A DNA stretch of 64,000 nucleotides from Eledone cirrhosa (GCA_964016885.1 OZ024743.1:70990001-71054000), one strand, 5' to 3'; numbered from the stretch's first letter, positions 12,693 through 27,159 are shown. Translations and numbers: made by a program. The notes: generated by a model not told the origin, from the sequence alone.

Positions 12693-13127
12693 GTAAGTGT
12701 AGCTATATCTTGTGTGTGTATGTGTTACTGTGTGTTTGTGAGTGTGTATGTATGTGTGTGTTTGTGCTTGTGTGTATATTTGTGTCTGTGTTTGTGTGTG
12801 TATGTGCTTGTGTGTATATTTGTGTCTGTGTTTGTGTGTGTATGTGCTTATGTGTATGTATGTGTTTCAGCTTGTGTGTGTGCTTGTTTATGTGTGCTTG
12901 TGGGTATATATTTGTGTCATTGTTCGTGTTTGTGTGTGTACGTGTTTCTATGTGTTTGTGAGTGTGCTTATGTGTTTGTGTGTCTGCTTGTGGGTATATT
13001 TGTATCGGTGTTTGTGTGTATGTATGTATTTGTGTGTGTTTGTGAGTGTGTGTATTTGTGTATGTATGTATGTTTATCATGTATATATGTATACTGTGAA
13101 TACATTCTATGCTATTCTCTGCTGTAG

Positions 13128-13276
13128 GTGTCAGTAAAGAAATTAAGTTCCGTCTGAAGAACCCTGAAGATGATTTTCTCAACATTGATGAGAAGTCAGG
13201 AATCATCAGTCTTGCCAAAACACTAGATCGGGAGGTGAAGGACTTTTACAGTGTCGCTGTTATAGCTTATGACAAG
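13128..13276 (+). CDS. FAT1: Fat-like protocadherin exon (GVSKEIKFRL...LDRE...AYDK), absent from ORF track
   Basis: tgtag acceptor, AAG|gtaggt donor; SGIISLAKTLDRE motif; phases 1 to 0. Confidence 0.93.
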
Positions 13277-13962
13277 GTAGGTGTATAGTTTGTCTTCACC
13301 TTTATTACAACTAACATCATTTTAATTATCATTGTCATAATTGTCACAATCACTAAATCATCATCATCATCCTAATTTAACGCCCATTTTCCATGCTAGC
13401 ATCAATTAGACGGGTTGTCCCATTAGAGACAAGTTGGGTCGTGTGACCATGGCCTGCTCATATAGAACTGATTCTGACTAGGTTTCTATGGCTGGATGCC
13501 CTTCCTAATGCCAACGACATTTACAGTGTGTGCTTGGTGCTTTTTGTCATGACTCCTACACAACCACTTTATAGTGTAAGCTGGGTGCTTTTTGTCTTAT
13601 CATCATCACAATCACTAACATCATCATCATTGCCATCATCATTATCATCATCATCATCACAATCATCATCATTCCCATCATCCTTGCAATTCCCATCATC
13701 ATCATAATCATCATCACAATCATCTCACCTTCATCATCCTCATCACCATCTTCATCAAGAATAATAAGGATGAGCCAACACAAGTCTCTACATTAGGACT
13801 CAACCAGTAGCATCCAAAAAGAGATTAGCAAAATTTAAAAAGCAACGGTGGGGGGATCTGAGAAGTTAATAAGTGAGGGGTGGGGGCAATTATTCAAGAC
13901 CTGAAAGTAAATTATGTTTTGTTTAGGTGACATGAGCTCACTAGAAAATTAGTATTCTCAAT

Positions 13963-14590
13963 TTAACCCTTTAGCGTTTAAACCAGCTCTATCTGGTCAG
14001 TTCTCTCATCTCTTTCTGTTCAAACCAGCTCTATCTGGTCAGTTCTCTCACCTCTTTCTGTTCAAACCAGCTCTATCTGGTCAGTTCTCTCATCTCTTTC
14101 TGTTCAAACCAGCTCTATCTGGTCAGAGTTCTCTCACCTCTTTCTGTTAAAACCAGCTCTATCTGGTCAGTTCTCTCATCTCTTTCTGTTCAAACCAGCT
14201 CTATCTGGTCAGTTCTCTCACCTCTTTCTGTTCAAACCAGCTCTATCTGGTCAGAGTTCTCTCACCTCTTTCTGTTAAAACCAGCTCTATCTGGTCAGTT
14301 CTCTCATCTATTTCTGTTCAAACCAGCTCTATCAGAGTTCTCTCACCTCTTTCTGTTCAAACCAGCTTTATCTGGTCAGAGTTCTCTCACCTCTTTCTGT
14401 TCAAACCAGCTCTATCAGAGTTCTCTCACCTCTTTCTGTTTAAACTAGCTCTATCAGTCCTCTCACCTCTCACTGTTCAAACCAGCCCTAACTGGCAACT
14501 CATACCAATGTTAGATAATTATGTGAGGTAAAGCCTTTACTCTGAAAATACAATAGTAAATATAGAGTAATGTAAATGCCAAAGAGTTAA
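13963..14590. mobile_element. piggyBac-type MITE with internal tandem array of about 42 bp
   Basis: TTAA-CCCTTTAGCG ... GCCAAAGAG-TTAA; about 12 units of aaaccagctctatctggtcagttctctcatctctttctgttc. Confidence 0.8.
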
Positions 14591-14732
14591 AGTAACATGT
14601 CCCAATTTGAAGTGTCATGATGTTCTCACTTTGAATTCACTTTGATGAGATGTGAGCTCACTTAGAAATACAAATACTGCAGTACACAGAAATCTTCCCC
14701 AAGTAATACAGCATATCTTTCTTTCTTTACAG

Positions 14733-14970
14733 GGGTTCCCCCGGATGTCCTCCACTGCTACCCTTAACATCCATTTACTTGATGTCAATGACAACCCACC
14801 AGAATTTGAGCACACCATGTACAAAGGCGAGGTCCGTGAAGACAATGGCATCGGTACTAGCGTATTACAGGTACTAGCCGCAAGCAAAGATGTCGGCGTG
14901 AATGCAGAAATATCATATCATGTAATTGCAGGCAATGAACAACATCGGTTTAGGATTGATCAGACCACAG
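14733..14970 (+). CDS. FAT1: Fat-like protocadherin exon (GFPRMSST...IDQTT)
   Basis: ttacag acceptor, gtatga donor; DVNDNPP, AASKDVGVNA motifs; phases 0 to 1. Confidence 0.95.
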
Positions 14971-15738
14971 GTATGAAGAAAGAGTTCAAATTTCAAATAT
15001 CATTTTGAAAATTTCCCATTAGAAAAGATATTTCTTTAAATACCTCATTTTTCTTCTGAAGTTTTATTTTAAATCATAATGTCCTCTAATGATTTAGCAG
15101 AAAATAGTAAACCACACTCAGTTTTACAACTTTTTGGCAGTATTGGTAGAGGGTCGGACGCCATGCTTTGACGCATAGAGTTACGGCCCTTGCTTTTCTG
15201 AGTTCAAATCCTGCCGAGGTTAACTTTGCCTTTCATCTTTACGGGGTCGATAAAATGAAGTACCAGTAATGCACTGGGTAATTGCTGCCCTTGTGCCAAA
15301 AGTATAAACAATATTAGGACAACATGACCCTCCCCAAATATAACAATATCTGTTTCAACACACGATTTCATATCAAAAACCTTGCAAAACAAAAACATTT
15401 AAAAACAGGTTTGTTAATTCAAGCTTTTGTAGTATTTTTACTAGTGGATTACTCATTGTGAAAATTTGCTGTTTTATACTTTTCAAGAATGTTTTTCTAA
15501 TGTGGTTTCATGTGGTTTTGTTAATTCAAATGTTTATAAGATTTTTACTGGTCGACAGATCATTGGGAAAATTTATATTTGAATAAAAACTATAATTTTT
15601 AAAGTAATGCAGTCATATTGCTGTTTTGTACTTTTCAAGACTATCTTTGTAATGCAGTTTCTTATAGTAAAGGATATTAAGAGTTAACATATATTTTTGT
15701 TGATTATCTTAAAATAATCTAATTTAATTAATTTCCAG

Positions 15739-16091
15739 GTGTTCTATACGTCAATAAACCTCTTGACCATGAACTGACACGGGAGTATTTCTTAACGATC
15801 GAGGCACGAGATGGAGGCACACCATCATTAAGCAATACAGCAGTGGCAGCTATCAACATCACCGACATCAATGACTGCCCTCCACATTTCTCCCAAGATG
15901 TCTATTCAATCCGACTTCTTGAATCTGAACCTGTTGGTAATACAAGCCTAAGGATTGTGGCTGCTGATGCTGACAGCCAAGAAAATGCTATGATTACTTA
16001 TATCATCAATAGTGGTGACATAGCCGACCAGTTTGACATTGAACAAACCTTTGGATACTTGAGCATAAAAATTGCTTTGGACAGAGAAAAA
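15739..16091 (+). CDS. FAT1: Fat-like protocadherin exon (GVLYVNKPLDHE...ALDREK)
   Basis: ttccag acceptor, gtaagt donor; DGGTPSLS, DINDCPP motifs; phases 1 to 0. Confidence 0.95.
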
Positions 16092-16144
16092 GTAAGTTTT
16101 ATTCATCTCTCACATTGTTGATGCTGTCACATTCTAGTCATGTA

Positions 16145-16462
16145 CTAGCATGACTGTGTAGTTAAGAATACCTTCAGACATGATTGTGGTTAAATATAAG
16201 AGCAGGCATGACTGTGTAGGTAAGTATAGGAGCAAGCATGGCTGTGTGGTTAAGTATAGGAGCAGGCATGACTGTGTAGGTAAGTATATGTGTATGTATG
16301 GCTGTGTGGTTAAGGGTAGGTGTATGTATGGCTGTGTGGTTAAGGGTAGGTGTAGGTATGGCTATGTGGTTAAGTATAGGTGTAGGTATGACTGTGTGGT
16401 TAAAGGTAGGTGTAGGTGTGACTGGTTAAGTATAGGTGTAGGTATGAGTGTGTGGTTAAAGG
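16145..16462. repeat. 30-bp minisatellite
   Basis: gtgtaggtatggctgtgtggttaagggtag-like units, about 10 copies. Confidence 0.85.
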
Positions 16463-16829
16463 TGGGTTCAACAAACCCATGTATACAAGCATGGAAAGAT
16501 GAACACGCTCTCCCACATCATCATCATCATCGTTTAATGTCTATCTTCCATGCTAGCATGGGTTTAGATGGGAATTGTCCCACTTGTTTTCTACGGCTGG
16601 ATGCCCTTCCTAACACCAACCACTTTTACAGTGTGGACTGGGAGTTTTTACCGTGTTACCTACATAGCCACATTACGGCGTGGACTGTGTGTCTTTTTTT
16701 GTCGTGACACCTACACGACCTCATTTATTTAGGACTGGATGTTGTGGTACCAACATAACTTTACATTGAAAGGGATGGTGTTGATGGGGGTTGGGGAGTT
16801 GGGGTAGTGTATATTTGATTAAGAGGTGC

Positions 16830-18030
16830 CTACTGACTGTAGGTTTCGCTATGTACATAGGCAAGGCGGGTTTTCTGTATTACTGCGTAGTGCCAAAGAT
16901 CTCGGTCCAGTGACATTGTCTTAGAGAGGTGTAAGTGTGTAAGGTCAGAATTTATCAAATCGTCCCAGGTTTTTCTGGGTCTGCCTACTCCGTAACTTTC
17001 GTCAATTTTGATCGCCCTGCACTTTTTTATACAGCTGTCGTCTTTGATGCGCATGACGTGACCATACCAATGTAGTCTTCTCTCGAGTAAACAGCATCTT
17101 ATCCCTATTATACCTAATTTCTCACTTAGTTCATTTATACTTTGCCGTTCACGTATATTACTATTACACATCCAGCGGAGCATGCATGCTTCGTTCCTCT
17201 CCAGTCTACGCAGGTCCTCTGCACACAATGCCCAAGTCTCATTGCCATGTAACATAACTGTTCGTATGCAGGCATCATACAGTCTGCCTTTCCTTTTTAG
17301 AGAGAAACCTTTAGCGGCCAATAGTGGTATGAGCTCTCTGAACTTTTTCCATCCTGTTCTGACTCTTGCTACTGTACTTTCTGAGCACCCTCCACCACTG
17401 CTGATTTTGTCACCCAGGTAACGGAAGGTGTCCACTATTTCTATAGAGCCATCTTGGCAATAGGAGCTTGCATCCTGTGGGCACTTGCTACTTATTGCAC
17501 CTGAGCACCAGCCACATATAAAATCTACGTTAGATAGCTTACCTGTGATCCCACTACATCTTTTATGCACCCATACTTTGCATTTGGGACATAAAATGGA
17601 ATTTCTGCCTACTCCTTTCCTACACACTGAGCATGATCATTTCCCAGAGGGGACCAGTGCTCTATTTTCCTTCCGACATACTAGAACTTTAGTCTTAGAC
17701 AAGTTAACTTTAAGGAATTTCTTCTCTAGTTCAGCCATCGATTCAGCTATGAGCGTTAGATCATCTGCATAGAGATGTTCCCATGGGCAGCCGGTTTTGA
17801 ACTCCTCTGTTATAGCCTGAAGGGCAATAATAAATAGGAGGGGGCTAAGGACAGAGCCCTGATGAACACAAATTTTTACGCTAAATTCTTCACTATATTC
17901 GTTGTTAATTCTAACCTTGCTGACTTTCTTTATACATGACTTGTATAGCTCTCACAAGCCATTCATCAACCCCTAGTTTTCTAAGGGCCCACCAGATAAT
18001 GGTGCAGGGGACTCTGTCAAATGCTTTGAA
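16830..18030 (-). mobile_element. RTE-clade LINE, 5'-truncated and degenerate (RT plus PHD-like finger plus C-terminus)
   Basis: minus-strand KAFDRVP, HQGSVLSPLLF, LYADDL, FRYLG, RLHWYGHVMR, GRPRKTW; stops and frameshifts. Confidence 0.92.
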
Positions 18031-18371
18031 ATGACTAAAAGCGCTCAGCCTAGTCCACCATTTAAGGTGCTGCTCACGTTGGTGCCATGATAAAAGAGCT
18101 AACCCTAACCCTAGCCCTCATGACAAAAGCGTCCAACTCACAAGGTAAAGTGGTCATGTTGGTACTGTGACAAAAGGTGTCTCGTCCACATATTAAATGT
18201 GGTTGGTGTTAAGAAGGGTATCCAGCTGTAGAAACCAAGCCAGAAACAGTTCTGTGTCAGCAAGAGATGGTCATCTGACCTGACTTGTCTCACAATGGGA
18301 CAACTTGTCTAACCCATGCTAGTTTGGAAAAATGGACAGTAAACGATGATAATGATAATATATATATATAT

Positions 18372-18729
18372 ATTTGTTTAGCAAGATTCTTTATCTGAAA
18401 ACGTGTGTTGAAACCGATATTGTTATACTTTGGGAGGGTCATATTGCCAATAAGAAACACACGCACCAGTTGCTTTCACTCCAATTTATTATAAATTAAA
18501 TTATAAATTAAAAAAATTTATAAATTTCTGGTTGGTTGGTTGGTTATGAACAACCGTCCAGTTATGGAACCAACCAACCAACCAGAAATTTATAAATTTT
18601 TTTAATTTATAATAAATTGGAGTGAAAGCAACTGGTGCGTGTGTTTCTTATTGGCAATATGACCCTCCCAAAGTATAACAATATCGGTTTCAACACACGT
18701 TTTCCGATAAAGAATCTTGCTAAACAAAT
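18372..18729. repeat. long inverted repeat, about 160-bp arms (fold-back/MITE-like family also at about 15323-15390 and 28340-28725)
   Basis: atttgtttagcaagattctttatc ... gataaagaatcttgctaaacaaat; shared gttatactt(t/g)gggagggtcatat motif among copies. Confidence 0.9.
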
Positions 18730-19302
18730 TCAGAAACGAAATATATATGCAAGCATGGAAAAGTAGACATAAAAACAATGATGGTGATGATGATATATAT
18801 ATATATAGAGAGAGAGAGAGAAAGAGATATACATATAACAGCTATTTGTATACATAAAGATAAATATTTACCATGCTGGTATGAAAGTGATGGGCCATCC
18901 TGGGTTTGTGTGTCTAGTATATAAGTATTAGCCATTTTACACAATACAGTCAATAAAGGTATCTTTGTCTACTTCCTTTCCTTTCTTTCATTCACTCTCA
19001 CTCTCTCACTTATTCATTTAATCACTCACTCTCTCTCACTCACTCTCTCTCACTCATTCATTTAATCACTCACTTGTCTCGCTCACTCTCTCTCTCACTC
19101 ATTCATTTAATCACTCACTCGCTCTCTCACTCACTCATTCATTTAATCACTCACTCTCCCTCACTCACTCTCACTCAATCACTCACTGTCTCTCACTCAC
19201 TCACTCTCATTCATTCAATCACTCACTCTTCCTCTCTCACTGTTAATCACTCACTCACTCTCCCTCTCTCACTCATTCATTCTCTGTGTCTCTTAATTTC
19301 AG

Positions 19303-19446
19303 ATCTCCAACTACAACCTGGAAGTCCTTGCAGTGGACAGTGGGTCTCCCCAGCTGACCGGTACCACAACACTTTCTATAGAAATACAGGACATTAATGA
19401 CTGTCCACCCCGTTTTAGCCAGCCTGCTTATTCTGTAGTTGTTCAG
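19303..19446 (+). CDS. FAT1: Fat-like protocadherin exon (ISNYNLEVLAVDSGSP...YSVVVQ)
   Basis: tttcag acceptor, CAG|gtaag donor; 144 nt, phase 0 to 0; DINDCPP motif. Confidence 0.94.
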
Positions 19447-19730
19447 GTAAGAGGAAGAGTCCATTCATGTCTTAAAAAACTACTTGCATACTAACAAGGA
19501 GCTAAGGGAGGTGTAGGTTACACAACTGACCACCTTATTGTACAATTAGTTTATATATAGTGGTACCCCGCTGGTTATGACAACGAGTATTCGTGTTGAT
19601 ATGATCTATGGAACAGCCGTCTTGTGAAATTAACGTGCAAGTGACTGAGCATTCCACAAACAGGCTTACCTTTAACGTATTTCCCAGAATGTGACAAGGC
19701 TGGACCTTCAAATTATAGGCACAGCAATTA

Positions 19731-19880
19731 TCCCAGTGTATTACTGGTACTTTATTTTATCGACCTCATAAAGATGAAACACAAAGTTAACCTTGGCGGG
19801 ATTTGAACTCAGTCCGTAAAGGGATGTAACTGTTCTGCAAAGCATGGTGTCCGACCCTCTACCGATACTGCCAATCCACC
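19731..19880 (-). mobile_element. SINE family A copy, the only clear antisense copy
   Basis: reverse complement of family A consensus. Confidence 0.85.
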
Positions 19881-20869
19881 GCATTATATATATATAATGA
19901 TGCAGTGAAAACATATGAGTTGTTAAAGTGTACAGCTCACAATCATAAGGTTATGATTGATAGTGGCACATTGTGTCCTTGAGCAAGATACTTTATTTCA
20001 CATTGTTCCAGTTCAGTCAGCTGGCAAAAGTGAGTTATACCTGTAATACAAAGTGTAAACCTTGCTTCTCACTGTGTCATACTGAATCTCCCTGAGAATT
20101 ATGTTATAAATACATGTGTGTATGGAACGCTCAGCCAACTGCAAGTTAATTTCACAAACAGGCTGCTCTGTTGATTTAATCAACTAGAGCACTCTTCAGA
20201 ATCAACAGTGGTCCAACACACACAGACACACACATATGCATGCATGCACGCACACACACACACACATACAAACACACATATCCGTGATGTCCAAGTAAAT
20301 TGGTCATTTTCTCATCTGCTTTACTACACTGCACATTTCAAACATAAGTTGGAAAAAAAATGAAATTTACATCTCACACCTATCAGTGTTGGAATTGGAC
20401 CCGGGAAGTGGGGCTGGGACAGTTCATGGTTGGGGGACCCACATGCACAAAAAATTAGAATTCAGGGCAAACCCCCAATTTTACATATCAAAGTCAGTAT
20501 GGCGCAAGTAATTGGAATTGAAAAGTTATACATACAGATATCAAATTCAGAAAATCTAACCATCTTAAAAGTAAAAAGCCTATCAGAAGGCACAAATAAA
20601 TTGCTATGACTGTCACGGGGAGGGGCAGGGTAATTTACCCTTTTGCCACCCCTTAAATCCAGCCCTGACATCTAGGAAGGTGTATCTGACTTCCTATAAT
20701 GTATATCATAGGAAATTTCTTAGGTATTTTAAGGATAATAGCACTAGTCACATCATGGAAAGCCATTTGAAATGAAGTCTCTTGCTCAAGAACACAACAT
20801 TCTGTCCAATCCAGTTTTATGATCAGCAATTCAACATTCTAACCATTAGGTCACAGATTCATTGTCACA

Positions 20870-23170
20870 CAACACACCGCCACACAGAATGTCTTCACTG
20901 CTACACTACCTCCTACACTACCACACACTGTCTTCACTGCTACACTACCTCCTACACAGCCACACAGAATGTCTTCACTGCTACACTACCACACTGTCTT
21001 CACTGCTACACTACCTCCTACACTACCACACAATGTCTTCACTGCTACACTACCTCCTACACTGCAACACAGAATGTCTTCACTGCTACACTACCACACA
21101 CTGTCCTCACTGCTACACTACCACCTACACTACCTCTTAAACCATGACACTATGTCCTCACTACCACACTACCCCCTACATTACTACACAACCACACACA
21201 CTGTCCTCACTGCTACACTACATCCTAAACCACCTCACACTGCTACACTACCACCTACACCACAACATAACATGTTTATACTACAGCATATAACATTAAC
21301 AACTAACGTCTAAACTAATTATTTACTTTGCAGAGTATGTTTGTGTGTGTATATTATCTACCACTATCAAATGTGTGTATATATTATATATTGTTGTGTG
21401 TATATGTGTGTATATATATATATACACCACCATGGAAAATGGACATAAAATAATGATGATGATGATGATTACCATCGTCGTAATTACTACTAATACTACT
21501 ATTGCTACTATTGCTACTACTGCTACTATTACTACTGCTACTGCTGCTACTATTACTACTACTGCTATTGCTACTTCTACTACTACTACTATTACTACTA
21601 CTGCTATTGCTACTACTACTACTACTACTACTACTACTATTACTACTACTGCTATTGCTACTACTACTACTACTACTACTACTACTATTACTATTACTAC
21701 CTCTACTACTACTACTACTACTACTAGTACTACTAACTCTATTACTACTACCACTACTAGTACTACTACTTCTACTACTACTACCTCTATTACTACTACT
21801 ACTACCTCTACTACTACTGTATTTTTATATTTTTCCATTATTACACCAAGCACAGCTTTCCGGGTGCCTTGGGTATGAGCAGTGTTTTGTATTGATGTTT
21901 CATTTGTATTGAAATATGTGTGTGATATTGTATCTGTGTTGTGTGTGATATTGTATCTGTGTGTGTGATATTGTATCTGTGCTGTGTGTGATATTGTATC
22001 TGTGTTGTGTGTGATATTGTATTTGTGTGTTGTGTGTGATATTCTATCTGTGTTTGTGTGTGATATTATGTGTGTATCTGTGTGTGATATTGTATCTGTG
22101 TTTTGTGTGTTATTATGTGTGTATTTGTGTGTGATATTATGTGTGTGATATTGTATCTGTGTTGTGTGTGATATTGTATCTGTGTTTGTGTGTGATATTT
22201 TATCTGTTTGTGTGTGATATTGTATCTCTGTTTGTGTGTGATATTGTATCTGTATTTGTGTGTGATATTGTGTGTGTGCCATGTCTTGAGCAGTTCTGTG
22301 TGAAGTATATACATGTATTTCTTGGTCCTGTGTTCTCTAGCTCTACTATTTTTTCTATGTTGTTCGTGTGTGTGGGTATCTTAATTGTAAGGTACCATTC
22401 ATTCTATGTAGTACCTAGTGCTATTTTCTCTGTTGTGTGAGTATCTTAATTGTGAGGTACTCTACAATCTATGAGTAGTTCTGGTTGTGCTATTTTCTCT
22501 ATGTTGCTGTGTGTGTCTTAATCATGAGGTACTCTTCATCCTTAATCATGAGGTACTCTTCATCCTGTGTAGTATGTAGTGCTATTTTCTCTATGTTGTG
22601 TGTGTCTTATGATGTACCCTACATAACATGTGAGGTACCTAGTGCTATTTTCTCTATGTTGTGTTTGTCTTATAAGGTACCCTACATAACATGTGAGGTA
22701 CCTGGTGCTATTTTCTCTATGTTGTGTGTCTTATGATGTACCCTACATAACATGTGAGGTACCTAGTGCTATTTTCTCTATGTTGTATGTGTCTTAGTTA
22801 TAAGGTACCCTACATAACATGTTAGGTACCTAGTGCTATTTCCTCTGTTGTGTGAGTCTTAATCATGAGGTACCCTACATTGTATGTGTAGTATCTAGTA
22901 GTGCTATTTTCTCTCTGTTGTGTGTCTTGTGAGGTACTCTACATAACATGTGAGGTACCTAGTGCTATTTTCTCTATGTTGAGTGTCTTGTGAGGTACTC
23001 TACATAACATGTGAGGTACCTAGTGCTATTTTCTCTATGCTGAGTGTGTCCTGAGGTACTCTAATTACTATGTGTCATACTCAGTTAAATGTGTAGTACC
23101 TACTGCTATTTTCACTATGTGTTAGTCCTCAAGTACTCTATATAGTATATGTAGTACTATTTCCTCTATG
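20870..23170. repeat. cluster of degenerate tandem repeats (ctacact-rich, (ACT)n, about 20-bp gtgtgatattgtatct, about 57-bp gaggtacc units)
   Basis: four successive periodic blocks visible by eye. Confidence 0.85.
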
Positions 23171-23778
23171 TGTGTCTTATATGTATATATGTGTGTTCTG
23201 TATGTATTTCCTGGTTTTTTAGTTGTATATTGTTGTCAACATCATTTCTATCATTCCCAATGGCCCAATTCTTAACAGGATTATTCAATCCTATTATTTT
23301 GGCATGGTAGATTGACAGAATCGGTAGAGTGCTGGCCAAAATGCTTTGTGGTATTTAGTTATGACATTCTAACGCTCTGAGTTCCAATCCCACAGAGGTC
23401 AGCTTTGCCTTTCATCCTTACAAGGTCGATAAAATAAAGTACCAGTAATGCACTGGATTTTAATTAATCGACTTTGCCCTCTCCTAAAATCGCTGGCCTT
23501 GTGCCTAAATCACAAACCATTATTGTTATTCAGTATCGGTAGAGGGTCGGACGCCATGCTTTGCAGCAAAGAGTTACGGCCCTTTATGGTCTGAGTTCAA
23601 ATCCCGCCGAGGTTAACTTTGCCTTTCATCCTTACTGGGTCGATAAAATAAAGTACCAGTAATACACTGGGATAATTGCTGGTCTTGTGCCAAAAGCAGA
23701 AACAATTATTATTATTATTATTTTCATTATTATTATTATTCTCTGAATGATTGATTGTGTATGTTGGGGTGTCATACC

Positions 23779-24534
<756 letters not shown>

Positions 24535-25222
24535 GTATGCATATTTTCGATATTTTCTATTTCATATTCAGAAAAACTCTTTGGTCGTAAGTGTAAAGCT
24601 CCAATTCTGCATGTTTCCTCCTCCTCCTCTTCCTCCTACTGTATCAGTTTGGACATGTTTGACCCTTCCCTGACCATCCATTCCTATCTCTCTCTACCCA
24701 CCCTAATATCTTACACCCCCACCACTCTTCGTAGATTTAGAGTTTGGTTTGTTCTCTCTCATTCTCTCTCTCATTCATTCTATGCATCGTTTATATTTCA
24801 TCATCTCATATTTCACACTAAACTGGGTGTTGTGTTATTTGTAAGTGAATTGTGCGTTTGGGTATTGTTTACCTGCACAACATTGCACCTATATATAATA
24901 TGCATATATATATATATATATAGGAAAAAGTATGACCCCGACGGCAGAGCTCAAGCCGTTTCGACGGCTATTTCTGGACTCCGTCGAAACGGCTTGAGCT
25001 CTGCCATCGGGGTCATACTTTTTCCTATTTCCCACTCTACTACCCTAAGTATTGAGTACTTTGGTGTGTTATGGTCCATCTGGTTCCTTACCACAATTCC
25101 TTTGTTTTATATATATATATGTATATATATATATATGTGTGTGTGTATGTATGTATGTATGTATATATATATGTAAGAGTGAACCTACAGTAAATGCATG
25201 TTACACTTCCTAGATATATGTA

Positions 25223-25276
<54 letters not shown>

Positions 25277-25588
25277 TATGTATGTATATGTATTTTATTT
25301 CATCAAGAACTGGGTTTTACAGAACTAGTTCTGTTTCATTCGGTGATGAAACCATGAGGGGCTTTCTGATGATTTCATCCCTGAATAAAACAGAACTACT
25401 TCTGTAAAAGTTGGCTCTCAATGATATGAAATAAAATACACTCTTCTCCTTGGTATATTTAGTTCATTGTGGCTCCCTTCCATTCTTTAACAGAACATCT
25501 TACGATTATATATATATATAAATGTATGCATATATTCATATCTATTTACACACACACACATACACACACACACATATATACATATATG

Positions 25589-25630
<42 letters not shown>

Positions 25631-26004
25631 TTTAGGAATAACCAAAGAGTGCTTAGAAATACATTGTTTTATTAGCTAACAGTGTTTCATCCATACCCTA
25701 TAGCAGGAATCACCAGAGCATATATTACCAAGGGCAATATATCTGTGTGTCTTGGCACATTGATATATTTGTCAACGAAACTATATATATATATATTTAT
25801 TTATTTATATTTATATATATATGTGTGTGTGTGTGGGTGTAAAGAAGGTGTGGTAAGATACCAGGTGGACCATAAGGCACCAGAGTACTCAATACTTAGG
25901 GCAATAGAGTGGGTAATAGGAAAAGAGCCACCAATACTGGTGGCTTAATTCAGATCTAGCTGTTGAAACAGTTGGAGCTCACCCATCGGGGCCCTGATAA
26001 TTTT

Positions 26005-26071
<67 letters not shown>

Positions 26072-26073
<2 letters not shown>

Positions 26074-26395
26074 AAGCACATGGCTTAGTGGCTAGAGCAT
26101 TGGCCTTGCAATCGAAAGGTTGTGAGTTCAATTCTCAGACCGGGTGATGTGTTGTTTCCTTGGGCAAGACACTTTATTTCACATTGCTCCAGTTTACTCA
26201 GCTGTAGAAATGAGATGATAAGGACTGGGGGCCCTATCATTCCACTGCAAAGTGGTCGTAAAAAAGCACCCAGTGCTCACTGTAAATGAGTTTGGTGTTA
26301 AGAAGGGCATCCAGCTGTAGAAATCAAGCCAGAATCAGTTCCCGTCCCACCCTTGCAAGCAGGGATAAAGCGGACGTAAAATGAAATGAATGAGA
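26072..26395 (+). mobile_element. SINE family B copy
   Basis: near-identical to 8171-8508, flanked by (TA)n on both sides. Confidence 0.9.
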
Positions 26396-26396
26396 A

Positions 26397-26455
<59 letters not shown>

Positions 26456-26612
26456 AGATAGATAGATAGATGATGATATATATATAATATTAGTATATGT
26501 TCTGATTGCCCAGTCTGGTCTGCTTTGACCTATGTGACAATGAAAATTTGCTTGATTTAAAAACAAAATCTTTATTGGGTGAACATGTCCAAAAAAAATG
26601 TTTGTCTTGAAA

Positions 26613-26663
<51 letters not shown>

Positions 26664-27159
26664 GTTATTGTTATTATTATTGCTGTTGTTGTTGATGTTG
26701 TTACTGTAGATTTGTTATAGTCTTGCTCTGCCCTGCAAATATTTTGGTGTTAAATTTTCTTCATATATATTTGTATATTATTCATGTACCTATCAAACCC
26801 TCTCTGCATCCAATGTATTTTGTTTTAAAATTTTGTATCGTTTAATTGCCAAATTCTTGTTTCTATTCTTTTTCTTGTTTACTTATTTTACAACTAGTTT
26901 TGTTATCTTGTAAGCCATGTTTGTCTGTAAAACCCTTTCTATATAACAGTTTGCATTGTTTTATATTAGATCAATGTTGTTGTATATTGGTTCAATATGG
27001 TTTTATATTGGTTCATTATTGTTTCATATTGGTTCAACATGGTTTTATGTTAAATCAATATTGTTTTATATCAATTTCTTCTTGTTTTATTTATTTTATT
27101 TCAGCCTATGCCCCTTCTGATTCTATTATATTGGTGTTATTACAGCTCTACTTCATATG

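Noticed and set aside
13980-14490. CRISPR-like regular array (also 40165-40962)
   Set aside because: Head-to-tail repeats without unique spacers, no cas genes, eukaryotic context, traceable to TE sequence
18099-18117. Telomere-like ctaaccctaaccctagccc
   Set aside because: Only about three units inside repeat debris
21323-22282. 319-aa and poly-T/poly-L ORFs resembling mucins
   Set aside because: Products of (ACT)n and neighbouring tandem repeats inside an intron
27090-27140. Strong-looking acceptor (ttattttatttcag) in the 19446-29175 intron
   Set aside because: No good donor, no cadherin-like peptide, and flanking exons already join seamlessly (VVQ-EDRP)
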